A stretch of 64,000 nt of DNA, from assembly GCA_041640595.1 (NCBI GenBank), contig JBEPZY010000001.1, forward strand, positions 448,001 through 512,000, in the 5' to 3' direction. The notes beneath the pieces were generated by a model. It was not told the origin of the DNA and made no database searches. It worked only from the letters and a program-made list of their open reading frames with translations. The position numbers were made by a program, and so were the translations under genes. Below, in pieces: positions 38,018 through 47,704 of the stretch (positions are counted from its first letter, which is position 1; each line of letters starts with the position of its first letter). This DNA is from Gemmatales bacterium (GTDB lineage Bacteria > Planctomycetota > Planctomycetia > Gemmatales > HRBIN36).

Positions 38018-39643
38018 TTAGCGCGGGCTGATCCGCAAGGCGTGAAGTCGGCGCTCCAGTTTTTCCTGTTGCTCTTTCACTTGCGGACTCGGGCCGAATT
38101 TGTCGAGCTGTTGGCGGGCACGTTTCGCCCAGAGTTCGGCTTGCTGGAGCCAGTGACGGCGCTGAGTTTGTTGCTTGGATTGGTCGGCCAGGGCAAGCTG
38201 GATCGCCAGATACGCTAGCTCTTGACAGGTTTCCACGTCGATCGTGTCGCTGAAGGTGGTGGCGATTTTTTCGGCGGATTGATAGATTTGCTCGCCCGCC
38301 TGCTGCCACCACTCAGGCAAAACGGAAAATCGTGTTTGAATCTGGCGCACAACGCTGGCGGATTCCCCCAGGGCACGCCAGGCATGCAAGGCTCGATGCG
38401 GCGGAAACGAGCTGGCCTGTTGCACCAATCGGACCGCGGACTCTGCCAGGTTACGCAGCCGGTTTTGGGCTTCTGCATCCGCGGTACTTGCGGTTTTACC
38501 AAGGTTTTGCAGCGCCAGCCGATACAGCCCGAAGACTCCTTCGATGTCCATCGGTGAAAGCTCAGCCAGGGTTTTTTCAGCACGTTGTCCTAAGGCTCCC
38601 GGCAACCCCGTCGTAGCGTCGAAAAGCAAGTGCTCGAGCAGACCCCGGTATTTTTCGGACTCGGAAGGGTCGCGCGGTGCTTGCCGGCGATAACTTTCTG
38701 CCAGCCATTGCCAGACCTGCGCTCGCAGATACACCGAACGGAAACGCAGAGGTTGCTCGATGCTTTCGAGTTTCTGCAACCATTGCAGCGACTCGAGCAT
38801 GGGGGAACGTTGCTTGTTTTCGGCGGGCGGCAACCGAAAGCCATCGCCGCTCGGTTCCGGCTGATGATAACCATACAGAGCCAGCACAAAGTAGGCACGC
38901 GCTAACAAATTTAGATCGGTGGCGTTGCCGGCTGCTACTGTATCCGCTAACTGTCGCAGGTGTTGCCAGTTCCAGTTGTCAAAAGGTTCATTCATGCGGT
39001 GCTTCAAGGCTTCCCGCAACACCGGGAGATTGTCCGGCCAGTAATGACTGGCACGGTACAGACAAACCAGCGCTTCCCTTCGGCTGGCGGCATCGGGAAT
39101 CATGAAAAGTTCCAGTACATCCTCCTTGTCAGCCTCTGGTAACCCCGCGGGTGGAGAACTCTGTTTTTCAGCAGCCTGGCTCTCCAACTGCACGGCCGCA
39201 ATACCGAACAAAGCACGTGCCCGCAGCCAGTATGCCTGTCCCAGAAGGCGTTTTTCCTGTTCCGTGAGAGATCGCTGGTTTTGTGCATTCTCGAGGGTGG
39301 TGATCACCGTTTCGGTGGCGCGTGCGGCCTGAGCAAATCGCGCGGCTGCCTGGTTCCAATTGCGATCTCGGCGAGCAAGCAATCCAGCCCGCCAGCTGGC
39401 TTCTGCGTTGTGCAGTCGCTGGGCAAGTGAGGGAAAAAACGTTTGCCAGGCGTATATGCCGCCCAGCACCAGCAGCAACACTACAGCCAGCACGGTAGCC
39501 CACCGACGCAGCGGCCAGCGATGGACTGTCCCTGCCAGCTTCACTTCCTCTGACGGTTGCGCTGGGGCTGAGCGTTGCGACGATTCTGAAGGTGCCGAAT
39601 CAGAACCCGGAGAATCTGGCTGGAAAATTTCCTCTTCGGCCAT
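38018..39643 (-). CDS. Membrane-anchored all-helical (TPR-like) hypothetical protein
   Basis: One TM helix; AYWLRARA and ARAYFVLA helices. Confidence 0.7.
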   Translation of the reverse strand: MAEEEIFQPDSPGSDSAPSESSQRSAPAQPSEEVKLAGTVHRWPLRRWATVLAVVLLLVLGGIYAWQTFFPSLAQRLHNAEASWRAGLLARRDRNWNQAAARFAQAARATETVITTLENAQNQRSLTEQEKRLLGQAYWLRARALFGIAAVQLESQAAEKQSSPPAGLPEADKEDVLELFMIPDAASRREALVCLYRASHYWPDNLPVLREALKHRMNEPFDNWNWQHLRQLADTVAAGNATDLNLLARAYFVLALYGYHQPEPSGDGFRLPPAENKQRSPMLESLQWLQKLESIEQPLRFRSVYLRAQVWQWLAESYRRQAPRDPSESEKYRGLLEHLLFDATTGLPGALGQRAEKTLAELSPMDIEGVFGLYRLALQNLGKTASTADAEAQNRLRNLAESAVRLVQQASSFPPHRALHAWRALGESASVVRQIQTRFSVLPEWWQQAGEQIYQSAEKIATTFSDTIDVETCQELAYLAIQLALADQSKQQTQRRHWLQQAELWAKRARQQLDKFGPSPQVKEQQEKLERRLHALRISPR

Positions 39644-39829
39644 TGCTTTCCTCAGACTTGCCTGTGATGTTGCTTCTGCGACAACTATAGGCCATGAATG
39701 TATTTCAGGACAGGCTCGAATCCATCATCGAGCGATGACCTGGAAGCGTGGACTTTTGTTACCGTACCGACACTCCTGCTTTTCCTACAATGATTTGGAT
39801 TTGTCGGAAGACACCGGTAAGGAGTGACT

Positions 39830-40777
39830 ATGCGAGTGCTTCTGGCGGAGCCGCGCGGATTTTGTGCCGGCGTGGTAATGGCCATTGAAAGTCTGGAACG
39901 GGCGCTGGAACTATTCGGCGCACCCGTTTACGTGTACCACGAGATCGTTCACAACCAGGTGGTGGTCGAGCGGTTCCGGCAGCGAGGCGTTGTTTTCGTC
40001 AATGACCTTGCTGACGTACCGGAAGGAAGTGTGGTGCTTTATAGTGCCCACGGAGTTGCACCGGAGGTGCGTCAGACCGCGGCCCGTCGTCGTCTGCGAG
40101 CCATTGATGCTACCTGTCCCTTGGTCACCAAGGTTCATCTGGAAGCCCAGCGTTTCGCCCGTGAAGGTTATACCATCTTCCTCATCGGTCATGCCGGACA
40201 CGACGAAGTTGTAGGCACCACTGGCGAAGCGCCGCACGCGATCCGGCTGGTGGAAAGCGTGGCCGATGTGGAAAAACTTGAGTTGCCTGCTAACGCCAAG
40301 GTGGCGTATCTGACCCAGACGACTCTGAGCGTGGATGAGGCCAACGAAATCGTCGAGGCCCTGCGACGCAAGTTCCCACAAATCGCCGGGCCGAACAAAG
40401 ACGATATCTGCTATGCCACCCAGAACCGGCAGGAAGCGGTCAAAGCTCTGGCGCCACTGGCGGATGTGGTACTGGTCTTCGGCAGTCAGAATAGCTCGAA
40501 CAGCCAGCGCCTTGCAGAAATTGCCCAGGCGTGTGGCAAACCGGCCTATCTCATCAACCACATTGGCGAACTCGATCCCTCGGTGCTCGACGGCGTAGAT
40601 ACGGTTTTGATTACAGCCGGTGCCAGCGCTCCGGAAGACGTGGTTCAGGAAGCGCTTGCCTGGTTCCGGGAACGTTATCAGGCTACCGTGGAAACTCGCA
40701 TTATCCGGGAGGAATTCGTGCAGTTTCCGTTGCCGCGAGAATTGCGTACACCCCCAGCCGAGCCAGTTGCGCTTTAG
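39830..40777 (+). CDS. ispH: 4-hydroxy-3-methylbut-2-enyl diphosphate reductase
   Basis: PRGFCAGV, EIVHN, SAHG, DATCPLV, TQTTLS, DICYATQNRQ, NSSNS, TAGASAPE. Confidence 0.98.
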   Translation: MRVLLAEPRGFCAGVVMAIESLERALELFGAPVYVYHEIVHNQVVVERFRQRGVVFVNDLADVPEGSVVLYSAHGVAPEVRQTAARRRLRAIDATCPLVTKVHLEAQRFAREGYTIFLIGHAGHDEVVGTTGEAPHAIRLVESVADVEKLELPANAKVAYLTQTTLSVDEANEIVEALRRKFPQIAGPNKDDICYATQNRQEAVKALAPLADVVLVFGSQNSSNSQRLAEIAQACGKPAYLINHIGELDPSVLDGVDTVLITAGASAPEDVVQEALAWFRERYQATVETRIIREEFVQFPLPRELRTPPAEPVAL

Positions 40778-40884
40778 GCATTTGCCAGGCACCCGCCAGC
40801 AAGCATCCCCCATTTATCCCGGCATAGCTGACCACTGCCCCCGATCACAGGGCCGCTAATCCGGCACTCACAGGAGAAAGCGAC

Positions 40885-41679
40885 ATGCGAACCAACGGCG
40901 TCAAACGGAAATTGCGTCAGGGCCAGCCCAGCATTGGCACCTGGCTGTCGTTGGGAAGTATTCTGGCGGCACGATTCATGGCGCGGGCCGGTTTCGATTG
41001 GCTCACTGTGGACATTGAACATACCTGCGTGGATTGGGAAACTGCTACCCACATGTTTGCCGCAATCGCGGAAGCAGGCTGTGTGCCGTTAGGGCGGGTG
41101 CCGATGAATCGCCTCGACCACATCAAGCGTGTTCTGGACAACGGAGCCTACGGTATCGTTGTGCCCATGGTCAACAGCCGCAAGGAAGCCGAAGAAGCAG
41201 TAGCGGCAGCGAAATATCCACCGCAGGGGGTGCGCAGTGTGGGTGGCAACGTGCACGCCCTGAACTTCGACGCCACCGCTGCGGAATATTACGAGCACGC
41301 CAACGAGGAAATCCTCGTTGTGCTCCAGTGCGAACATATCGAAGCGGTACGGCGAGCCGATGAGATTTTTTCTGTGCCGGGCATAGATGCGATTTTTGTT
41401 GGGCCCAACGACCTTGCCTGGTCCATGCGCAGCGCGGATGGCCGACCACCTTCCTCGGAAGCGTTTGAACAGGCGCTGAGCGAAATTCTGGCCGCTTGCC
41501 GACGGCATGGTGTGGCAGCAGGATTGCATTGCATGTCGGTTCGTGAGGCCCAAAGCCGCATCGCTCAGGGTTGGCAATTTGTGGCCATTAGCAGTGAATT
41601 ACGCATGATGCTGGACGGTGCTGCCCTGGCATTGCAGCCTTTCCTGGGCGAACGCCGCTCCGAAGGCGTCAAATATTGA
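40885..41679 (+). CDS. HpcH/HpaI class II aldolase family protein
   Basis: [34 protein letters not shown]. Confidence 0.93.
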   Translation: MRTNGVKRKLRQGQPSIGTWLSLGSILAARFMARAGFDWLTVDIEHTCVDWETATHMFAAIAEAGCVPLGRVPMNRLDHIKRVLDNGAYGIVVPMVNSRKEAEEAVAAAKYPPQGVRSVGGNVHALNFDATAAEYYEHANEEILVVLQCEHIEAVRRADEIFSVPGIDAIFVGPNDLAWSMRSADGRPPSSEAFEQALSEILAACRRHGVAAGLHCMSVREAQSRIAQGWQFVAISSELRMMLDGAALALQPFLGERRSEGVKY

Positions 41680-41893
41680 AGCCCATTGGCCAGTCATTGG
41701 TAGCTAGCGCTTGGGGGAAAGTAGCAACAAATGGCCAGGGGTCTGGGGCCAGCACACTGGGTTGGCGGTCGGCAGATGGCGGGGCAATCGGTGGCCTTGA
41801 CCAAAAAAGATTCGCAGTGCCAGCCCCTTCCGATTGTTCTGGGCGGCAGGCTCGACGAGTGGTCGTCGGCAAGCAGTGGCAGAGGAAACGACC

Positions 41894-42805
41894 ATGCCGC
41901 AAGAGGAAATCTCCGGACTTTTAGTGGTCAATAAACCGCGCGGCATGACCTCGCGCGAGGCGGTAGATTGCGTGCAGGATTGGTTTCCTAAAAGCCGGCC
42001 CGGACACGCCGGGACACTGGACCCCCTGGCAACGGGAGTGCTGGTAGTCGCTTTAGGAAAAGCCACACGGTTGCTCGAATATATTCAGGCCATGCGGAAA
42101 GTGTATCGCACCACGTTGCATCTGGGCGCGCGGAGCGCTACCGATGATGCCGAAGGGCCGATTACACCAACTCCGGACGTTCGCCCCGTGCCTGTCGAAA
42201 CGCTGCGGGCTGCTCTGCAAAAGTTTCTCGGTGAACAGGAGCAGGTCCCCCCTGCTTATGCTGCGGTGAAAGTGCAGGGCCGGCGTGCCTGGAAGGCAGC
42301 ACGCCAAAATCAAGCCGTCCAGCTGGCACCACGGCGAATTGTCATTTACCGCATCGAATTGCTGGATTACTGCTGGCCTCGGGCGCAGTTAGAAGTGGAG
42401 TGCGGTCGCGGCACTTATATACGAGCACTGGCACGCGACCTGGGTGAAGCTCTAGGTTGCGGTGCCTATGTCGAAGAACTGACACGCCTGCGTATTGGTC
42501 ACTTTTGCCTCGAACAAGCCGTGCCGCTTACCGTTTCGCCCGAAGAGGCCCGAGCAGCGCTGTTGCCAATTGCGGAAGCGGTCGCGGAATTGCCGCGCTT
42601 CATCCTCGCCGACCATCAGCGTGTACAACGACTATGCCAGGGCCAACGGCTGCGGTTGCCCCATCATCTCTGGTCAGCTCAACTGGCAAACCTGACCGCT
42701 GGCGAGGTAGCCGTCTTTGATGAGCAGGGCCAGCTTGTCGCCATCGCTCACTGGGACCAGCAGCTCCAGGAGCTGGCGCCGACGAAGGTGCTCGCAACCG
42801 GCTGA
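41894..42805 (+). CDS. truB: tRNA pseudouridine(55) synthase
   Basis: NKPRGMTS, GHAGTLDPLATGVL, PPAYAAVK, CGRGTYIRALARD. Confidence 0.97.
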   Translation: MPQEEISGLLVVNKPRGMTSREAVDCVQDWFPKSRPGHAGTLDPLATGVLVVALGKATRLLEYIQAMRKVYRTTLHLGARSATDDAEGPITPTPDVRPVPVETLRAALQKFLGEQEQVPPAYAAVKVQGRRAWKAARQNQAVQLAPRRIVIYRIELLDYCWPRAQLEVECGRGTYIRALARDLGEALGCGAYVEELTRLRIGHFCLEQAVPLTVSPEEARAALLPIAEAVAELPRFILADHQRVQRLCQGQRLRLPHHLWSAQLANLTAGEVAVFDEQGQLVAIAHWDQQLQELAPTKVLATG

Positions 42806-42843
42806 TTGGCTCGGCCTTCAGTTGCAGGGCTAAAGCGAATCAG

Positions 42844-42877
42844 CATTTTCGCAGCCGCGACATTTTCGCAACCGCGA
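42844..42877. repeat. Tandem 17-bp repeat (16/17 identical)
   Basis: cattttcgcagccgcga / cattttcgcaaccgcga, adjacent to each other. Confidence 0.8.
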
Positions 42878-43086
42878 AAGAGAATAGCCATTCCTCTCGG
42901 CAAACAAAACCGAGACGCTGGTCTGACCGGCGATTGCCTGTTGCATGCGACCACCTGATCACAGTTCACAGGAATTTTCGGAGGTGCCTTCACCTCGACA
43001 GTTGCGAACAATACCCAGGGTGAACAATTTTCCCGGGGTAGTCAGGTAAACGGACCGGCTACCCAGAGCGAGAGGGCTTCTCACCC

Positions 43087-44097
43087 GTGAAGTGGGAACT
43101 GGCAAATCCCTGGGCACTGCTATTGCTGGCCGGGCTGCCAGTCTGGTGGTACTGGTGCAAGCGTCGGCAACCCGCTTTGCCTCATTCCCTGGTGCAATTC
43201 GTAGCCTCGCATTTGCCGATTCGGCGAGGCTGGCGTTATTGGGTTTCCCAGGGTCTCTGGAGTTTGGTACTCGCAACGGTGATTCTCGCACTGGCCAGGC
43301 CGCGTTACCCGGATCCGCAAGCGCGTGTGCCGGTTCGGGCGCTGGCCTGGATACTGGCGCTGGACGTGAGCGGCAGCATGGCCGAGCAGGATTACCTGAT
43401 CGCCGACCGACCGGTTACTCGCATGGAAGCCGCGAAACGCACACTGAAAAAACTAGTCCAGGATTGGTCTGGCAGTGAACATCAGCACGATCTGATCGGT
43501 CTGGTTACTTTCGCGGTATTTGTGCAAGACCTGGCACCGCCGACTCCCAACCACCATGCAATACTGCAAATGCTGGAGCGGGCTGAACCGATCAGCGCAC
43601 CACCCGAATCGGCCACTAATATCGGCGACGCTTTGCTCGTGTCCCTTTATTTGCTGCAACGCAGCGAGTTGCCGGGACGTCGGATTCTTTTGGTCAGTGA
43701 CGGCGAGCATAATGTGCCCGAGGAACTTCTGCGGGGAGCTCGCCATCCTGTAGAAGCAGCCCAACTGGCACGGTCGCTGGGCATCGCCATTGATTCCATC
43801 CGAATCGGCCCCGATCCGCAACAACTGGACGATCCGCGAGCGCGTCGCGATGCCGAAATCGGTCGGCAAATTCTGCGCGATGCTGCAGAACTGACCGGCG
43901 GCATTTTCCTAGAAGCTCCCGATAGCGCCGCTCTGGAACAGGCGCTGAGCAAATGGGTCCAGCTGACCCGGCCCGTAATTTCCCAGCCGCAGTATTACCG
44001 CTATCGAGAGACATATCCGTATTTAGCCGTCCTGGCCTTGCTGTCGGTGATGGCAGTCATCGCCTGGGAGTGTAAAAGCGGGGTGCTGGTTCCGTGA
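43087..44097 (+). CDS. BatA-like VWA domain membrane protein
   Basis: N-terminal ANPWALLLL, ALARP; MIDAS DVSGS, TNIGDAL, SDGE; C-terminal TM. Confidence 0.88.
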   Translation: MKWELANPWALLLLAGLPVWWYWCKRRQPALPHSLVQFVASHLPIRRGWRYWVSQGLWSLVLATVILALARPRYPDPQARVPVRALAWILALDVSGSMAEQDYLIADRPVTRMEAAKRTLKKLVQDWSGSEHQHDLIGLVTFAVFVQDLAPPTPNHHAILQMLERAEPISAPPESATNIGDALLVSLYLLQRSELPGRRILLVSDGEHNVPEELLRGARHPVEAAQLARSLGIAIDSIRIGPDPQQLDDPRARRDAEIGRQILRDAAELTGGIFLEAPDSAALEQALSKWVQLTRPVISQPQYYRYRETYPYLAVLALLSVMAVIAWECKSGVLVP

Positions 44098-44127
44098 TGC
44101 TGTGCTCTCCCGCAACGGATACCGACG

Positions 44128-45162
44128 ATGAGCTGGACGAATCATTTTGCTTATCCGTGGGCGTGGCTTCTGGTGGCGCTGGTCCCGGCCGTCTGGGGAT
44201 TATGGCGGTGTCGGCAGAGGCAGGCGCTGGCCACGGCGAAAACAGTCGCTGGGCTAGCTGGCGGGCAGCTGGTTCAGGGTTGGCGAGCTTGGCGAAAGGA
44301 GTTGGGGTTAGTGTTGGCATCGTTGTTCCTGGTGATTGCTGCGGCCGGGCCACAATGGGGCCATGATCCCAAAGGGCGGGTGGCATTTGGTCGGGACTTG
44401 ATAATCGCTCTGGATATTAGCCGGAGTATGCTTGCTCGAGATCGGCCTAACCCTGAGAATACGGCCATGCTCTCCCGACTGCAAAGGGCAAAAATTTATC
44501 TGGCCGACTGGCTTGACATACTGGAAAGGCAGGGGGGATACCGGGTCGGGATGGTTTGGTTTGCGGGACAGGCACGCCTGGTTTGTCCGCTGACGGATGA
44601 CTACCGACACATACGGGCATTACTCGACCTGGCAGACCCGGATTTCTGGGGGCCTGCTGGCCGGATAGCCGTAAGTGAACACGGAGCAATAGGAACCAGC
44701 TTACGACAGGGGTTGGAAGTTGCGCTGAATGCCCACGAGCCGCAAGCTGAAGGTTTCCAGGACATCCTGCTGATTAGCGATGGCGATGACCAGGATGCCT
44801 ATCCGTCTGAAGTGGCTGCCCAGGCGCAGGCCAGAAAAATTCGCATTCACGTACTGGGTGTGGGGCGACCCGAGTCGCCTTCCTACGTACCGGGACTGAC
44901 TCCTGGGGAGTTTCTATACCAGGACGGAAAAATCGTGGAAACACGCCGGCGCGACGAGTTATTGCAAGCTCTGACGGCTTCTACCGGCGGGGAATATGTT
45001 CCGGAAGAATTGGCGTCGCAACCAGTGGTACGGTGGTGGGTGCGGACGTATTCACGCGAACCAAAGCGAGCCTGGTCGCCGCTCGGCTCGCCGCAACCCA
45101 GGCAGCGGAGCGAACTGTTCTTCATTGCGGCCATCTTGTTCCTGTTGTTCACCCTGGCCTGA
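44128..45162 (+). CDS. BatB-like VWA domain membrane protein
   Basis: AAGPQWG, DISRSM, CPLTDD, SDG; C-terminal TM. Confidence 0.88.
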   Translation: MSWTNHFAYPWAWLLVALVPAVWGLWRCRQRQALATAKTVAGLAGGQLVQGWRAWRKELGLVLASLFLVIAAAGPQWGHDPKGRVAFGRDLIIALDISRSMLARDRPNPENTAMLSRLQRAKIYLADWLDILERQGGYRVGMVWFAGQARLVCPLTDDYRHIRALLDLADPDFWGPAGRIAVSEHGAIGTSLRQGLEVALNAHEPQAEGFQDILLISDGDDQDAYPSEVAAQAQARKIRIHVLGVGRPESPSYVPGLTPGEFLYQDGKIVETRRRDELLQALTASTGGEYVPEELASQPVVRWWVRTYSREPKRAWSPLGSPQPRQRSELFFIAAILFLLFTLA

Positions 45163-45337
45163 GTCGTGGGCCATTGCTGTGCCAGGTTCGTAACTGCAAA
45201 CGGCAGATGCCGGGCATTTATGGCGGTACCTCGCGGCGGCGATACGACGGCCGGGGTACAATTTCGACAGGCTGCGCTTTGTGTAACAACGTCCCGACTC
45301 CTCCGTGTGGGCGGGCCAACAGGAGCGAGGATACGCT

Positions 45338-45892
45338 ATGCAAATCCGCGTCAAGCCGATGGGCGTGCTCCGTCAACGGCTGGGCAAACAGGAACTTGTC
45401 GTGGAACTTTCTGACGGGAGCACTCTGGAACAGTTGCTCGAAAAATTGGCGTTACCCGCAGGAATGGTTCAGGTGGTTCTGGTTAATCAGGAGCGCGAGA
45501 CAAATCGGCAGCGTGTCCTGCACCACAATGACGAAGTTACCTTGCTGGCTCCGGTTGCAGGTGGGGGCGGCGGCGCCAGGGCTTCTACCGGTTACACTCT
45601 GGACGAGGTTCAGACCGTGATTCGGGCGCTGTACGGCGAAAAGGACACCAAACGCGGCTTACAGGGGTGTTTCTTGTGGTTTTTGGAAGAAGTGGGAGAA
45701 CTCTCGGCGGCCATCCGCACTAATACCGCATCTTCCATTGCCGAGGAACTGGCCGACACGCTGGCCTGGCTGGCGACGCTGGCCAATGTGGCAGGCGTAG
45801 ATTTGGCCGAAGTATTTCACCGTAAATACGGCCGACAGTGTCCCGGTTGTGGTCAACTGCCCTGCGTGTGTCCCTCCGAGGTTAAGCCCTGA
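45338..45892 (+). CDS. MoaD/ThiS ubiquitin-like domain fused to a MazG-like nucleotide pyrophosphohydrolase
   Basis: aa 1-76 show the beta-grasp pattern ending DEVTLLAPVAGG; then EEVGEL..EELAD MazG motif and a C-terminal CPGC..PCVC. Confidence 0.87.
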   Translation: MQIRVKPMGVLRQRLGKQELVVELSDGSTLEQLLEKLALPAGMVQVVLVNQERETNRQRVLHHNDEVTLLAPVAGGGGGARASTGYTLDEVQTVIRALYGEKDTKRGLQGCFLWFLEEVGELSAAIRTNTASSIAEELADTLAWLATLANVAGVDLAEVFHRKYGRQCPGCGQLPCVCPSEVKP

Positions 45893-46061
45893 CTGAGACC
45901 GACAAATGGAAGCGGAAGCCTGTACGTGCTCGCGCAAGTCAAGGCGTAGCCGAAGCGAGTCGGTGGGGAAAACGGGGAATATGCAACGCTGGAAATGACC
46001 CAAGCGGGTTGACTTAGCCTGCGGATGGCGACAACCTGACGAGGATGGAGCAGTCCGAAGC

Positions 46062-46799
46062 CTAGCGCAACAAGATATAGCGAGTCAGCACGAACAGTAT
46101 GGCCCCGATGCCGCCCAAATTTCCCAGCCAGAAGATGAACATCCATTTCAATAAATCCGCCCGAACCGCCTCGAGCCGCACTTCTAGCGAAGTAACTTTT
46201 TGCTGCAAATCTCGCAAATCCTGGCGCTGTTGCCGCATGTACTCCTCCAACTCCTGCACCTTAACCTGTAAAGCCACCATTTCCTGGCGTAACTGACTCA
46301 GCTCCGCTCGCAAATGTTGTAACTCCTGGCGTAACTGTTCAACATCGGTCCGCAGTTGCTGTAATTGCTGCTGTTGCTGGCTAACCTGGGCTCGCAACTG
46401 CTCCAAACCGTGGCGTAACTGTTCAACATCAGCCTGCAATACAGCAAATTCTTGGCGAAACTGGCCTAAATCGGCTAGCAACTGCTGCATGGTCTGTCGC
46501 AAATGAGCCGTTTCAACGCGCTGGTCTGCGATGCCCGCGGACAAAGGCGGTAGCTCTTGTTGCAAGCGAGCGCTTATCGCATCCAATTCCTGCTGTAATC
46601 GGTCAACCTGCGGGCGGAGTTGTTGCAACTGATCGAGATCGCTGCGCAAAGCGTGAAACTCAGCCTGAAGCTCCAGCAGGTCCTCTCGGGTAGCAGCGCG
46701 AGCCACTCCTGTGCTTTCGATGTAAGCCAGGAGCGCTTTCGTTTCATCTTCGCCCAGCCGCGGTTTGAGCTTCTCGTATAGTTCTAATGCTGCGGACAT
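46062..46799 (-). CDS. DUF1640/CCDC90-like coiled-coil protein with C-terminal TM anchor
   Basis: ELYEKLK..LGEDETKAL, ATREDL, long heptad run, ADLLKWMFIFW. Confidence 0.8.
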   Translation of the reverse strand: MSAALELYEKLKPRLGEDETKALLAYIESTGVARAATREDLLELQAEFHALRSDLDQLQQLRPQVDRLQQELDAISARLQQELPPLSAGIADQRVETAHLRQTMQQLLADLGQFRQEFAVLQADVEQLRHGLEQLRAQVSQQQQQLQQLRTDVEQLRQELQHLRAELSQLRQEMVALQVKVQELEEYMRQQRQDLRDLQQKVTSLEVRLEAVRADLLKWMFIFWLGNLGGIGAILFVLTRYILLR

Positions 46800-47039
46800 C
46801 CGCAGGCTGCCTGGTTGTCCAGTCGGAGACATTATACCTATCGCCAGGGGAGTGGATAGGAAATTCGCCTGAGGCTCCCGGCCGCATCAGGCATGCAATC
46901 GAGCGGAGGGCTCAGGCGAAGAAAAATACTCCTGCTTGCTCTTTCCCTTTGCTATTATGGTGAACAGGCGTAGGCTTATTGCAGGAGAGCATTGGCTCTG
47001 AGCGAACGCCGACTAACCATTACAGTAAGGTGATGCCTC

Positions 47040-47651
47040 ATGGAAATCGTGCAATATCCCCATCCGGCTCTGCGCTTTCCGGCATGTCCGGTTCGGCGGG
47101 TGGATCAGGCCATACGCGAGTTGGTTCGTGAGATGACTCGCTTGCTTTTGGAACATCGTGGATTGGGACTGGCCGCACCCCAGGTCGGTTATCCCTACCA
47201 GATTTTTCTCATGCGCTGCGACCGGGAGGGGGATGATCCGGGTGCAGTGCAGGTGATCGTCAATCCCGTATTGAGCGATTTCCGGGGTTCTGTCGAAGAA
47301 GACGAAGGATGCCTGAGTTTCCCCGGACTGTATCAGCCCATTCGCCGGGCTCGTTCCGTTCGTTTGCGGGCTTTCAATCTGGACGGGCAGGAAATTGACC
47401 GCACCGTCAGCGGACTGGAAGCGCGGGTGGTGCAGCACGAGACCGATCATTTGCACGGCATTTTGTTTATTGACCGTATGAGCGAGACAGCACGCCTGGC
47501 CAGCCGCGATTTCCTTGACGACCTGGTTCAGCGTTACCGCGATGCCCAGGCTCGGGGCAAAATCCCACCGGATAAGGTCATTATTGATCAGTTGCAGGCT
47601 CTCGTGGAACTGCAAAGCCAGAAGGCCGTTGGCGTGCGTGAGCCGGCATGA
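47040..47651 (+). CDS. def: Peptide deformylase
   Basis: GLGLAAPQVG, EGCLS, QHETDHL. Confidence 0.97.
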   Translation: MEIVQYPHPALRFPACPVRRVDQAIRELVREMTRLLLEHRGLGLAAPQVGYPYQIFLMRCDREGDDPGAVQVIVNPVLSDFRGSVEEDEGCLSFPGLYQPIRRARSVRLRAFNLDGQEIDRTVSGLEARVVQHETDHLHGILFIDRMSETARLASRDFLDDLVQRYRDAQARGKIPPDKVIIDQLQALVELQSQKAVGVREPA

Positions 47652-47704
47652 TCACCACCACTTAGTCACTTGCCGAGGCGGTGCGGAGAACTCTGGGCGA
47701 TGCC

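Noticed and set aside
39911..40813. 300-aa minus-strand ORF, and similar long antisense ORFs at 28525-29418, 32242-33021 and 62919-63671
   Set aside because: Shadow frames of well-supported genes in GC-rich DNA.
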